NCBI GenBank assembly: GCA_003696105.1
Contig: RFGE01000087.1
Span: forward strand, 3,705-67,704
Origin: Deltaproteobacteria bacterium
GTDB taxonomy: Bacteria > Myxococcota_A > Polyangia > Haliangiales > J016
Reading direction: 5' to 3'
DNA length: 64,000 nt
The notes beneath the pieces are model-generated. The model searched no databases. It had not been told where the DNA came from and was given only the letters and a program-made list of their open reading frames with translations. Below, in pieces: positions 22,945 through 31,643 of this stretch. Every line of letters starts with the position of its first letter. Position 1 is the first letter of the stretch. A program made the translations under genes and the position numbers.

Positions 22945-25868
22945 AGCGCACTCGTAAACAGGAGCCAGTACTCGCCGACGCCCCCGTCGGTGAGGCCGCG
23001 AGCGTACCCCACGTCGATCGTCCCCGAATCGAAATAGCCCAAGACGACATCCAGGCGCAGCGCGGCGCCGACCGCTACCTTGAAATCCGCGAGGTCGAAA
23101 CTATCGTTGAATGCGTCGCCCACGTCCACCAGGCCGGCGACGTGCAGCCGCCGCACGTACACGGGCAACGTCGACAAGCCGCGCTCGACCTCCGCGACCA
23201 CCTGACGGTATTCGGCGTTGAGCAGATGGAACTGCCGCCCGAAAACGGACCTGGGCGGATAACCGCGCAGGTAACCCGTTCCGCTCGCGCGCAACTGGTC
23301 GCGGATCGCGCGCGGGATGTCCTGGTCCGGCACACCGCCGAGGACGAACACGCCCGTGCGCCGGCGATCCGTCGTCGTGATCCCGCCGGCGAGCCGCAGC
23401 GCCAGCACCGGCGTGTCTCCCCACGGCAGCGGGAGGTAGCCCTCCCAGCGGTAGCTGAGATTGAGCGCGTGCACGCTCGAGCCGAACGCCGGATGGTCGA
23501 GCCGCACCGATGCGATCAATGACGTACCTTCGCGCGGCCCGAGCGTCCACGTATAGCCGCGCACGTCGCTGTAGCGAAACGACATGCCGATCCCGGACAC
23601 GGCGATGTCCGTCTCGGGCGGTTGAGGGATGGCCTCGTTGGGATCGTACCCGTCGAATTCGTCCTCGTCGTTGTGAAACCAGTCCGCGTCGTAGTCGACC
23701 GACAGACTCGCCGACCCTTCCGGCCGCAGCAGAACCGGCAAATCGACGCGCGCCGACACGCCCAGATTCGTCTCGATGTACGACGTGTTGCGACCGTCGA
23801 TGAAGTAGCCGCTGCGCCGCGCGACGCTGCGGTTGGCGGCCACTCGCAGCGTCGGCCACAGCCGCCGGTACGCGTACGCGCCGCCGACGCTCACGTCGCC
23901 GCGCTCGACGCCGATCGTGGCGGCGAGCGTGTATCCGTGCCAGCCAGCCACATCCGCGCCCGACGTCGACACCGTCACGGCCGACCCGAACGAGTCGGTC
24001 CCCGCCTGCAGCCGGTAGCTGCGCGGCGCGAGCGTTTCGAGCGGGCGGTACGGCCGCGGCGGCGTCACGGCCGCCGAGTCGTCCGGAATATCCGGCGGCG
24101 GCGGCCGATCGTCCACATACGGTTCCGGCTCGAGCCACCGCGCCGGCGCGACGCGAATCTCGAACAGATCGAACCCATCGACATCGTACCCCTGATAGAC
24201 GATGTGCCGCCCATCCGGCGACACGTCTGGCCCGAACGCGCCCCCGACCACATTCGTAACCTGCCACGTCTTTCCGGTGTCGAGGTCATACGCGTAAATG
24301 TTGTACACACCACTTCTGTCGCTCGAATAATACAAGTACCTACCCCCCGGATCGAACACCGGATCGACGTCGATGGCTCGATCCCGCATCAGCTCGCGCA
24401 CGTCACCGCTGGCGAGGTCGACGATCAAGATGTCGCGATACCCGCCCGGGCGCCACGCCGACAGCGCGATGCGCGTGCCGTCCGGCGACCAACTCGGCGC
24501 GCTCGCCTGCGCGTACGGCCCGCCATCCCACACGATGCGCGGACGCGCCTCCGGACGCAGCGGCAGCACCGCGAGCCGACTCGCCCCCGGCCCGACGACG
24601 ACGGCGGCGATCTGCCGGCCATCGGGTGACACCTGCGGATCGCGCGCGCGCATGCCGGCGGTCAGCTCCGTCCACCGGCCGGTCTGCCGATCCCACCAAT
24701 ACAGGTCTTGCGTCCGATACTCCGTGCGCGTGAACCGCGTGCGCTCGACGATCATGTCGCCGTCGGGAAGCACGTCGAAGCCGCCGGAGCGATCCGCGAT
24801 CAGGTAGTCCACCGCGCGGCCGATGTTGAACCCGCGCGGGATTGCGCGAAACCGGCCGCGACTGCGCCCGTCCGCCTGCCACCACACAATCCACTTGCCG
24901 TCCGGCGTGTACTGCGGATTGGCATCCGTCTCGCCGTCGAACGTCAGCCGCCGCCCCTCGCGGCGGCCGCGCCGGTCGATGTCCGCCAGCTGCGCGCGAT
25001 ACCGGGCGCGCAGGTCGGCCAGCCACTCTTCGTACAGTTCCTCGATCGTCTTGCCGACCGCGCGCTTCATCGACCGATTGATGGCAAACGGGATCGCGGT
25101 CGACCCGTAATCCGCCGCCCACCGGGCAATCTTGTCGGTGCCGTACCGGCGAAACACGTAGTCGAGGAACCGGCCGCCGTACAGGTACGCAGCCGTCCCG
25201 TGCGGCCACGCGCGCGGTCCGGTCGACAGCGCGTCGAGCTTCACCTCGCGTCCCTCGAGGACGGCGACGCGCAGAAACATATCGAACAACCTGCTGCGGA
25301 TGCGGCCACTGGCCGTCTGCGCCGATTCCTGCATCGTCGCAATCCCTTCGACGATCCACTGCGGCTGGATTTGATTTGGCGCCCACACCCGACCGAACAC
25401 CTTGTTGTACAGCGCCGGCAGGCCGCCGATACGCCCCAAATGCAATATGTGCGTGTATTCGTGTACGACCAGGTCGTAGAGCCAGTCGTCGTGGTCGTTG
25501 AGCACCGACAGCGCGGTCGGCGCCGCCGCGAACAGGCGGATGACGTTGCGCGGCAGCACATTCGCGAACCCGTTGGCGCCGTCGGTGTCGTCGACGAGGA
25601 CGATGTGCGTCTTGTCCTCCGGCTCGTAGCCGAACACCGGCACGAGCGCCCGGTGCGCCCGCTCGGCGACCACGGCCGTCCGACGCGCCAGGCGATCCAA
25701 CGGCTCGTAGTAGTGAACGACGAAGTGGTCCGACTCGACCGTCTTCCACACGAGCGTCGGATCGCCGGCGTAGGCGGACACGGCCACCAGGCACGACGCG
25801 ATCGCGAGCCGCCACGACAACCTCGACACGGCAGCCCATTGTAGACGACGACGGCCGAGCGGCCGCAT
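22941..25868 (-). CDS. 975-aa exported protein: peptidase-MA-like HExxH domain + PD40/TolB-type beta-propeller repeats + C-terminal Omp85-like beta-barrel
   Basis: The signal peptide is ...LVAVSAYAG. The peptidase region has VVHEYTHILH followed by WIVEGIATMQES. PD40-like repeats are YTPDGKWIVW, VSPDGRQIAAV, WSPDGTRIALS, FDPGGRYLYYSSDRSG and VSPDGRHIVYQ. The last ~370 aa have alternating beta-strand character, with GYLRGYP and GAALRLDV motifs typical of surface-antigen barrels. Confidence 0.8.
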   Translation of the reverse strand: MRPLGRRRLQWAAVSRLSWRLAIASCLVAVSAYAGDPTLVWKTVESDHFVVHYYEPLDRLARRTAVVAERAHRALVPVFGYEPEDKTHIVLVDDTDGANGFANVLPRNVIRLFAAAPTALSVLNDHDDWLYDLVVHEYTHILHLGRIGGLPALYNKVFGRVWAPNQIQPQWIVEGIATMQESAQTASGRIRSRLFDMFLRVAVLEGREVKLDALSTGPRAWPHGTAAYLYGGRFLDYVFRRYGTDKIARWAADYGSTAIPFAINRSMKRAVGKTIEELYEEWLADLRARYRAQLADIDRRGRREGRRLTFDGETDANPQYTPDGKWIVWWQADGRSRGRFRAIPRGFNIGRAVDYLIADRSGGFDVLPDGDMIVERTRFTRTEYRTQDLYWWDRQTGRWTELTAGMRARDPQVSPDGRQIAAVVVGPGASRLAVLPLRPEARPRIVWDGGPYAQASAPSWSPDGTRIALSAWRPGGYRDILIVDLASGDVRELMRDRAIDVDPVFDPGGRYLYYSSDRSGVYNIYAYDLDTGKTWQVTNVVGGAFGPDVSPDGRHIVYQGYDVDGFDLFEIRVAPARWLEPEPYVDDRPPPPDIPDDSAAVTPPRPYRPLETLAPRSYRLQAGTDSFGSAVTVSTSGADVAGWHGYTLAATIGVERGDVSVGGAYAYRRLWPTLRVAANRSVARRSGYFIDGRNTSYIETNLGVSARVDLPVLLRPEGSASLSVDYDADWFHNDEDEFDGYDPNEAIPQPPETDIAVSGIGMSFRYSDVRGYTWTLGPREGTSLIASVRLDHPAFGSSVHALNLSYRWEGYLPLPWGDTPVLALRLAGGITTTDRRRTGVFVLGGVPDQDIPRAIRDQLRASGTGYLRGYPPRSVFGRQFHLLNAEYRQVVAEVERGLSTLPVYVRRLHVAGLVDVGDAFNDSFDLADFKVAVGAALRLDVVLGYFDSGTIDVGYARGLTDGGVGEYWLLFTSAL

Positions 25869-25895
25869 CCGCGCCCGATCGGACGACCGCGCGGG

Positions 25896-26156
25896 TCACC
25901 GCGCCGCGGCCGCGGGCGTCCCGTCGGGGCGCGGCTCGCCGGACGCCGGCTCGTCGCGAGCGGGGCCGGCCGGCTGGTCCCCCGCGTCCTGGCGATCGCG
26001 CGGCCCGGCGCTCGGTCGACCGGCCGGCGGGACCGCCGGTGCGCCGGCATCGGGCCAGTCCAGCTCGACTGGCACCTCGCGCGCGCGGCCCGAACCACCG
26101 CCCGCGCACGCCGTAGCGGCCAGCACCGCGGCGGCGACCGCGACGTACACCCGCAT
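25896..26156 (-). CDS. small lipoprotein, low-complexity
   Basis: MRVYVAVAAAVLAATAC provides a lipobox and is followed by a P/A/G/D-rich tail, 86 aa in total. The ATG overlaps the ptsI stop (TGATG). Confidence 0.5.
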   Translation of the reverse strand: MRVYVAVAAAVLAATACAGGGSGRAREVPVELDWPDAGAPAVPPAGRPSAGPRDRQDAGDQPAGPARDEPASGEPRPDGTPAAAAR

Positions 26157-27967
26157 CAAGGCGCCTCCGAGTCGGTGCCGGGCACCGCGCGGCCGAGCGC
26201 CCCGCGCACGGCCGTCCGGATCTCCTCGGTCGTGGCCAAGTCCAACACGGCGTCGACCAGCCTCGCCATATCCTCGGCGTGAATACGGCGAATTACGTTC
26301 TTCACGGTCGGGATCGACACCGCGTTCATCGACAGCTCGCGCAAGCCCATGCCGACTAGCAGCGGAGCGATCAGCGGATCGCCGGCCATCTCGCCGCACA
26401 CCGCGCACGGAACGTCGTGCCGCAGTGCCACCTGCACCACCGATCGCACCGCGCGCAAGATCGACGGGTGCAGCGGCTCGTACAGGTGCGCGACCCGCTC
26501 GTTGACGCGATCGACCGCGAGTGTGTATTGGATGAGATCGTTCGTCCCGATCGAGAAGAAGTTGACGTGAGGCGCGATCAAGTCTGCGACGAGCACCGCC
26601 GCGGGGGTTTCGATCATCACCCCGACCGGAACGTCTGGATTGAACGCGGCGCCCTCCGCCAAAAGTTCGCCACGCGCCTCGTCGAGTGCGCGCAACGCGG
26701 CCATGAGTTCGTCCACCCCAGAGATCATCGGGAACATGATGCGTAAATCGCCGTGCGCCGACGCGCGCAGAAGGCCGCGCAGCTGCGCCTTGAACAGCGG
26801 ATAGACGGACTCGACGAGCGACAGCCGAATCGACCGCAGCCCCAGATGCGGGTTCGCCTCGGCGTACGTCTCGGGCAAGATGTGCGCGATCTTGTCCGCG
26901 CCCAGGTCGAACGTGCGGAACGTCGCCGGCTTGCCGTCGAGTACGTCGAGCACGCGCGCCGCGATCTGATAGTGCAGATCCTCCGACGGCGGCTCGCGCT
27001 CGGTCATGAACAGGAACTCGGTACGAAACAGCCCGACCCCGGTCGCGCCGAACTGGAGCGCTCCCGGCACCTCGTCGGCGAAATCGACGTTCGCGAGCAA
27101 CTCGACGCGCTGGCCGTCGAGGGTGACCGCCGGCAGAGCACGGTTCTCGAGCAGTTGCTCGCCGATCGCCGCCTCGCGGCGCGCGCGACTGCGGTAGTGC
27201 GCGACGGTCTGCGGCGTTGGATTCAGAATGACCATCCCGCGCGTGCCGTCGACGATGATCAAGTCGTCGTTGCCGACGGCCGAGGTCACGTCGTCGAGCG
27301 CGACGACGCACGGAATCTGGTGTGCGCGCGCAATAATCGCGGTGTGGGACGTCTTGCCGCCGCCGTCGGTGATCAGACCCGCGACCGCGGCCCGCGTAAG
27401 CTGGATCGCGTCGGCCGGTGACAGATCGTGTGCGACGACGATCGCGTCCGGCGGCGGCTGCACCGGGGCGTTCGAGTGCCCCATCAGGTTTCGCATCACG
27501 CGCTCGCCGACGAAGTCCACGTCGCTCCGACGCTCGCGAAAGTAGTCGTCCTCGATTGCGTCGAATACGCCTTTGATGTGCTCGACGGTCTTCTTGAGCG
27601 CCCACTCTGCGTTGATCTTCTTTTCGCGGATGTAGCGAATCGTTTCGTCGACGAGGTGCTCGTCGTGCAGGATCAGCTGGTGAGCGGCGATGATGTTGTA
27701 GTGCTCGGATGCGTCGCGCTCGTGGATCTTCTGTTTGATCTGCTCGAGCTGCTCATCGCTCAGCTCGAGGGCGCGCCGGAACCGCTCCACTTCGGCTTCG
27801 ACGTCGCGGTCGCTGATGTGGTGTTTCGGCGTCTTGAGCCGGCGCCGGTCCACCACATAGGCGCGACCGATCGCGATGCCCGGCGCGGCCGCCGTGCCGC
27901 GCTTGCGGATCTCTCCCCACTCGCCCGTCCGCCTGCCGTCGCTCGTCGTACGCCGCTCCCGCGTCAT
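26156..27967 (-). CDS. ptsI: phosphoenolpyruvate-protein phosphotransferase (PTS enzyme I)
   Basis: 603 aa. GGKTSHTAIIARA is the phospho-His motif. The PEP-utilizer C-domain motifs FFSIGTNDL and CGEMAGDP are present. Confidence 0.92.
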   Translation of the reverse strand: MTRERRTTSDGRRTGEWGEIRKRGTAAAPGIAIGRAYVVDRRRLKTPKHHISDRDVEAEVERFRRALELSDEQLEQIKQKIHERDASEHYNIIAAHQLILHDEHLVDETIRYIREKKINAEWALKKTVEHIKGVFDAIEDDYFRERRSDVDFVGERVMRNLMGHSNAPVQPPPDAIVVAHDLSPADAIQLTRAAVAGLITDGGGKTSHTAIIARAHQIPCVVALDDVTSAVGNDDLIIVDGTRGMVILNPTPQTVAHYRSRARREAAIGEQLLENRALPAVTLDGQRVELLANVDFADEVPGALQFGATGVGLFRTEFLFMTEREPPSEDLHYQIAARVLDVLDGKPATFRTFDLGADKIAHILPETYAEANPHLGLRSIRLSLVESVYPLFKAQLRGLLRASAHGDLRIMFPMISGVDELMAALRALDEARGELLAEGAAFNPDVPVGVMIETPAAVLVADLIAPHVNFFSIGTNDLIQYTLAVDRVNERVAHLYEPLHPSILRAVRSVVQVALRHDVPCAVCGEMAGDPLIAPLLVGMGLRELSMNAVSIPTVKNVIRRIHAEDMARLVDAVLDLATTEEIRTAVRGALGRAVPGTDSEAP

Positions 27968-28245
27968 CCCTCCCCCTCACCAAATCCGGATCGCACGAGG
28001 TCGGCCAGCGCGGCGACGCACTCCTCCGCATCGGTGCCCCGCGCTCGAATCGTGATCTTCGTCCCCTTGGACGCCACGAGCATCAGCACGCCCATGATCG
28101 ACTTGCCGTTGACCTCCTGGCCGTCCTTTTCGACGAACACATCGCAGTCGAACTGGCTCGCGAGATGTACGAACCGCGTCGCCGCCCGCGCGTGCATGCC
28201 GAGTTCGTTGACGATGACGACGTCGACTTCCGCGAAATCAGCCAC
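27964..28245 (-). CDS. ptsH: phosphocarrier protein HPr
   Basis: 93 aa. NELGMHARAA gives the His15 context and NGKSIMGV the Ser46 context. There is a 4-nt overlap with the ptsI start. Confidence 0.9.
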   Translation of the reverse strand: MADFAEVDVVIVNELGMHARAATRFVHLASQFDCDVFVEKDGQEVNGKSIMGVLMLVASKGTKITIRARGTDAEECVAALADLVRSGFGEGEG

Positions 28246-29080
28246 GGTCCAGATCCCGGTGTCGGACGACCACGTCCCAATCGCCGCCGAGCCGCCGCCC
28301 CAATTCCTCGACGACAGCGACCGATCGGTGACGACCGCCGGTGCAGCCGACCGCGATCGTCAAATACATCTTCCCCTCGCGCTCGAACTCCGGTAGCGCG
28401 AAGCGCGCAAACTGCTCCAGCCGGTCGATCAGCTCGCGACCGGCGTCGCTGTCGAGTACGAAGGCGGCGACGTCGGCGGCGGTGCCGTCCTTTTGCGACA
28501 AGCCCTCGATGAAGTACGGGTTGGGCAAAAACCGCACATCCCACACGAGGTCGGCCTCGGGCGGCAACCCGTGCTTGAACCCGAACGACAACAGTGTGAT
28601 CGCGAGCTGACCTTCGCGCCGGCCGTATCGCTCCTGAATGATGCCCTTGAGCTGGTGGACGTTGAGCGCGTCGGTGCGCACGGTCGCGTTGCGCGCGTCG
28701 GCGCGCAGCGGCGCCAGCAGCTCGCGGTCTCGGCGAATCCCACTGCGCAGATCGTCGCCGGCCAGCGGGTGACGCCGGCGCGTCTCGGAAAACCTGCGGA
28801 TGAGCACCTCGTCGGCCGCCTTGAGGAACAGCACCTCCACGCGGTGTCCTGCCGCCCGCAGTCCGGCAACTTGCGCCCGATAATCGGCCAGAAACGGCTC
28901 TTGCCGGGCGTCCACGACGAGGGCGGCCGACGTCACGCCGACCCCCGCGAGCGCGTCGACGAGCGCCCCCAGGAGCGGCAGCGGCACGTTGTCGGCGCAG
29001 TAGAAGCCGACGTCCTCGAGCGCGCGCAGCGCGGTCGACTTGCCGGCCCCGGACAACCCCGTGACGATGACGATCCGCAC
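28238..29080 (-). CDS. rapZ: RapZ (YhbJ) P-loop RNase-adapter/nucleotide-binding protein
   Basis: The GTG start overlaps the hprK TAG (TAGTG). Motifs are VIVTGLSGAGKS, FLPNPY and GCTGGRHRSV. The product is 280 aa. Confidence 0.88.
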   Translation of the reverse strand: MRIVIVTGLSGAGKSTALRALEDVGFYCADNVPLPLLGALVDALAGVGVTSAALVVDARQEPFLADYRAQVAGLRAAGHRVEVLFLKAADEVLIRRFSETRRRHPLAGDDLRSGIRRDRELLAPLRADARNATVRTDALNVHQLKGIIQERYGRREGQLAITLLSFGFKHGLPPEADLVWDVRFLPNPYFIEGLSQKDGTAADVAAFVLDSDAGRELIDRLEQFARFALPEFEREGKMYLTIAVGCTGGRHRSVAVVEELGRRLGGDWDVVVRHRDLDRG

Positions 29081-30057
29081 TACTCCACCAGGTCCCCGTC
29101 GAACCCCGCCGGCGTCGCCTCCGCGATCTGCCGATTGAGCCGTTCCTGAAATTCGCGAGCCGTGTAGTGGCCCATGAACTTGAGCAGTTGGTTGCGCGCG
29201 GCGACCTCGATGATCGTCGCGATGCTCCGGCCCGGCCGCACCGGAACGCGCAGCATCGGTATCGGAGCTCCCAGCAGCTGATACGTGCGGTCCTCGGTAC
29301 CGAGACGGTCGTACTCCTCGGTCGGATCCCACTCGGCCAGTTCGATCACCAACTCGATCTTCTTGGTGTCGCGAACCGCCGCGACGCCGAACAGGTCTTT
29401 GACGTTGATGATACCGAGTCCGCGGATTTCCATGTGGTGGCGGATGATCGGCGAGCCGGTGCCGTACACCAGATCGGCCCCGAGCCGGCGCAGCTTCACG
29501 ATGTCGTCCGCCACGAGGCGATGCCCGCGAACGAGCAGGTCGAGGGCCGCTTCGCTCTTCCCGATGCCGCTTTTGCCCACCAACAACACGCCGACCCCGA
29601 GCACGTCCAACAGCACGCCGTGTATCGATGACGTCGGCGCGAGGTGCTCCTGCAACCAATGTTTGACGCCGCGGATGAACTCGCTGCTCACCAGCTGCGA
29701 CACCATCAACGGAACCCCCTGCGCCTCACACGCGGCGACCAACTCTGCCGGGGGCTCGAGGCCGCGCGTGATCACGATGCACGCCGGCGACGCGGCCATG
29801 ACGGTTTCGACCGCCACCGCCCGCGCCGCATCGTCGACACCGCGCAGGTAGTCGATCTCGGTGCCGCCGAGGCACAGCAGGCGGTCGTCGTGGATCTGCT
29901 CGCGGTAGCCCGTGAGCGCCAGGCCCGGCTTCTGAATGCGCGGCACGTAAATGGTGCGCCCCAACCCGGTCGCACCGGCCCGCAGGTCGAGTTGTAGCGG
30001 CTCTCCGAGATCGGCGAGCAGCCGGTCGACCGTCACGCTGGGAGTCGTACGGGTCAC
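29080..30057 (-). CDS. hprK: HPr kinase/phosphorylase, full-length type
   Basis: 325 aa. Motifs are HGVLLDVLGVGVLLVGKSGIGKSE (P-loop), LVADD and EIRGLGI. The start codon is GTG. Confidence 0.9.
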   Translation of the reverse strand: MTRTTPSVTVDRLLADLGEPLQLDLRAGATGLGRTIYVPRIQKPGLALTGYREQIHDDRLLCLGGTEIDYLRGVDDAARAVAVETVMAASPACIVITRGLEPPAELVAACEAQGVPLMVSQLVSSEFIRGVKHWLQEHLAPTSSIHGVLLDVLGVGVLLVGKSGIGKSEAALDLLVRGHRLVADDIVKLRRLGADLVYGTGSPIIRHHMEIRGLGIINVKDLFGVAAVRDTKKIELVIELAEWDPTEEYDRLGTEDRTYQLLGAPIPMLRVPVRPGRSIATIIEVAARNQLLKFMGHYTAREFQERLNRQIAEATPAGFDGDLVE

Positions 30058-30248
30058 TCGAACCAGACTCCGTTCGCGGCCCGCGCATCCGCCGGGTTCC
30101 GGATTGCGACAGCGATCGCGCGGCCACGGCTCGTCCGCACAGCGGCGTCCCGCTCGTGACGCCCGCGCAACCGCGGGCCGCGCGCACGCGAGGCACGGGG
30201 CCCGGCGAGGTCTCCGAGCAGCAGCGCGGCGTGAGAAATCAGGGACAT
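30054..30248 (-). CDS. possible small Arg-rich ORF between ptsN and hprK (doubtful)
   Basis: 64 codons starting at ATG 30248, 29 nt after the ptsN stop. The stop overlaps the hprK GTG (GTGA), like the other junctions in this operon. GC3 is fairly high, but there is no clear Shine-Dalgarno sequence and the composition (13 Arg) looks like off-frame translation. Confidence 0.25.
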   Translation of the reverse strand: MSLISHAALLLGDLAGPRASRARGPRLRGRHERDAAVRTSRGRAIAVAIRNPADARAANGVWFE

Positions 30249-30277
30249 GGGCGAAATGCTATGCGTGAGGGCCGCCG

Positions 30278-30739
30278 CTAGTACTTGGCGTCCTCCTCCG
30301 CGAGGATTTCGTACATCGCGTCGGCATCGGCGGCGGCGAGCAGCCGCTTTCTGAACTCGCGGTCCTTGAACAGGCGGCTGACCCGGGCGAGCGCCTTGAG
30401 GTGCGCGCCGGTAGACGAGACCGGCGCGATGAGGACGAAAAACAAGTAGGTGGGCTGCCCGTCCATCGAGTCGAAATCCACCCCCTCCGCGACGCGCCCG
30501 AGACAGGCGACGATCTCGTCGAGACCGGGCAGTTTGCCGTGGGGAATGGCGACGCCCTCCCCGATGGCGGTCGACGCCAGCTCCTCGCGCTCGATGAGCA
30601 CTCGGGCGATGGTTTCCTCGTCGAGGCCGGGCCGGTGCGACGCGATGTGGTGCGCGAGTTCCTGAAGGATGTCGCGCTTGGTCCGGCCCTTCAGCTGCGG
30701 GATCACCATGTCCCGCCGTATCAAGTCGATAATCTTCAT
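30278..30739 (-). CDS. ptsN: PTS IIA-Ntr (nitrogen regulatory IIA protein)
   Basis: The internal ATG gives MKIIDLIRRDMVIPQL...GEGVAIPHGKL (phospho-His context), 153 aa. The upstream part of the listed ORF is non-coding-like. Confidence 0.88.
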   Translation of the reverse strand: MKIIDLIRRDMVIPQLKGRTKRDILQELAHHIASHRPGLDEETIARVLIEREELASTAIGEGVAIPHGKLPGLDEIVACLGRVAEGVDFDSMDGQPTYLFFVLIAPVSSTGAHLKALARVSRLFKDREFRKRLLAAADADAMYEILAEEDAKY

Positions 30740-31015
30740 CGAGCGCTCGGGCGGCAGACTAGCAAAAAAGCCCGTTCGCGGGGAGCGGCCGGCGCCGGCT
30801 GCGGCGCGAACCGTGAGGTCGCCCGCCGGCTCGCGAACGCGCGGGGCGTCGACGCCCGCGATGCGCTCGGCGCGGCCCGTGGGCGGCAACCGCGACAGCC
30901 AGCGACACCCGGTGGCCACCGCGCGCGTCCGGACGGCGACGGTCGCCGGGGGACCGCGGGCCGCCGGGCCAGGTTTCGACGCAGTCCCGCGCGCCGGCGA
31001 GCCGGCGCCACGGCG

Positions 31016-31591
31016 TCACGCCGTCGCCGCTTCCGTTTCGATCAGGCCGTAGCTGTCGTCGTCGCGCCGGTAGACGACGTTGACCTGCCCGGTATCCGCG
31101 TTGCGAAACACGAGGAACTGCAGGTCCGCGAGGTTCAATTGCATGATGGCCTCGTCGACCGTGAGCGGATGCGCGACGAACTTGTCGCGCTTGACGACCC
31201 GCGGCGCGGGCGGGGCCGGCTCGGGCGGTCGTGCATCTGGCGCGGGCGTCTCCTCGAGCACGGTATGAGCGTACGGCATCGGTGTCACGTCCGTGCGCGG
31301 CTTGTGATCGCGCAGCTTGTCCTTGTACCGGCGGACCTGCCGTTCGATCTTCGCCACCACCAGGTCGATCGACGAGTACATGTCCTCGGTGGCTTCGTGC
31401 CCCGCGATCTGCAACCCGTTGTGCAGCTGCAGATTCACGTCGACGCGGTGCTTGTAGCGCTCCGTGCTCATCACGACGTGGCACGAGATCGGATCAGGAA
31501 AGTACTTCTTGATCCGCTGCATCCGCTCCTTCGCGTAGTCCTTGAGAGCGTCGGTCGCCTCCATCTGGCGAAACGTCACGGAAAATTGCAT
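31016..31591 (-). CDS. hpf: ribosome hibernation promoting factor, long form
   Basis: 191 aa. The S30AE N-domain is MQFSVTFRQMEATDALKDYAKERM. The C-terminal dimerisation domain is PLTVDEAIMQLNLADLQFLVFRN. Confidence 0.9.
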   Translation of the reverse strand: MQFSVTFRQMEATDALKDYAKERMQRIKKYFPDPISCHVVMSTERYKHRVDVNLQLHNGLQIAGHEATEDMYSSIDLVVAKIERQVRRYKDKLRDHKPRTDVTPMPYAHTVLEETPAPDARPPEPAPPAPRVVKRDKFVAHPLTVDEAIMQLNLADLQFLVFRNADTGQVNVVYRRDDDSYGLIETEAATA

Positions 31592-31643
31592 CGAGTCCCC
31601 CAGCGATCGGGTCGCGGACGGCGACAGCCGGCCGACGACGGCG

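Noticed and set aside
30736-31011. 91-aa ORF in the hpf-ptsN spacer, and the N-terminal extension of the ptsN ORF to 30919
   Set aside because: Both have Arg/Ala/Pro-rich products. The PtsN homology begins exactly at MKIIDL (30739).
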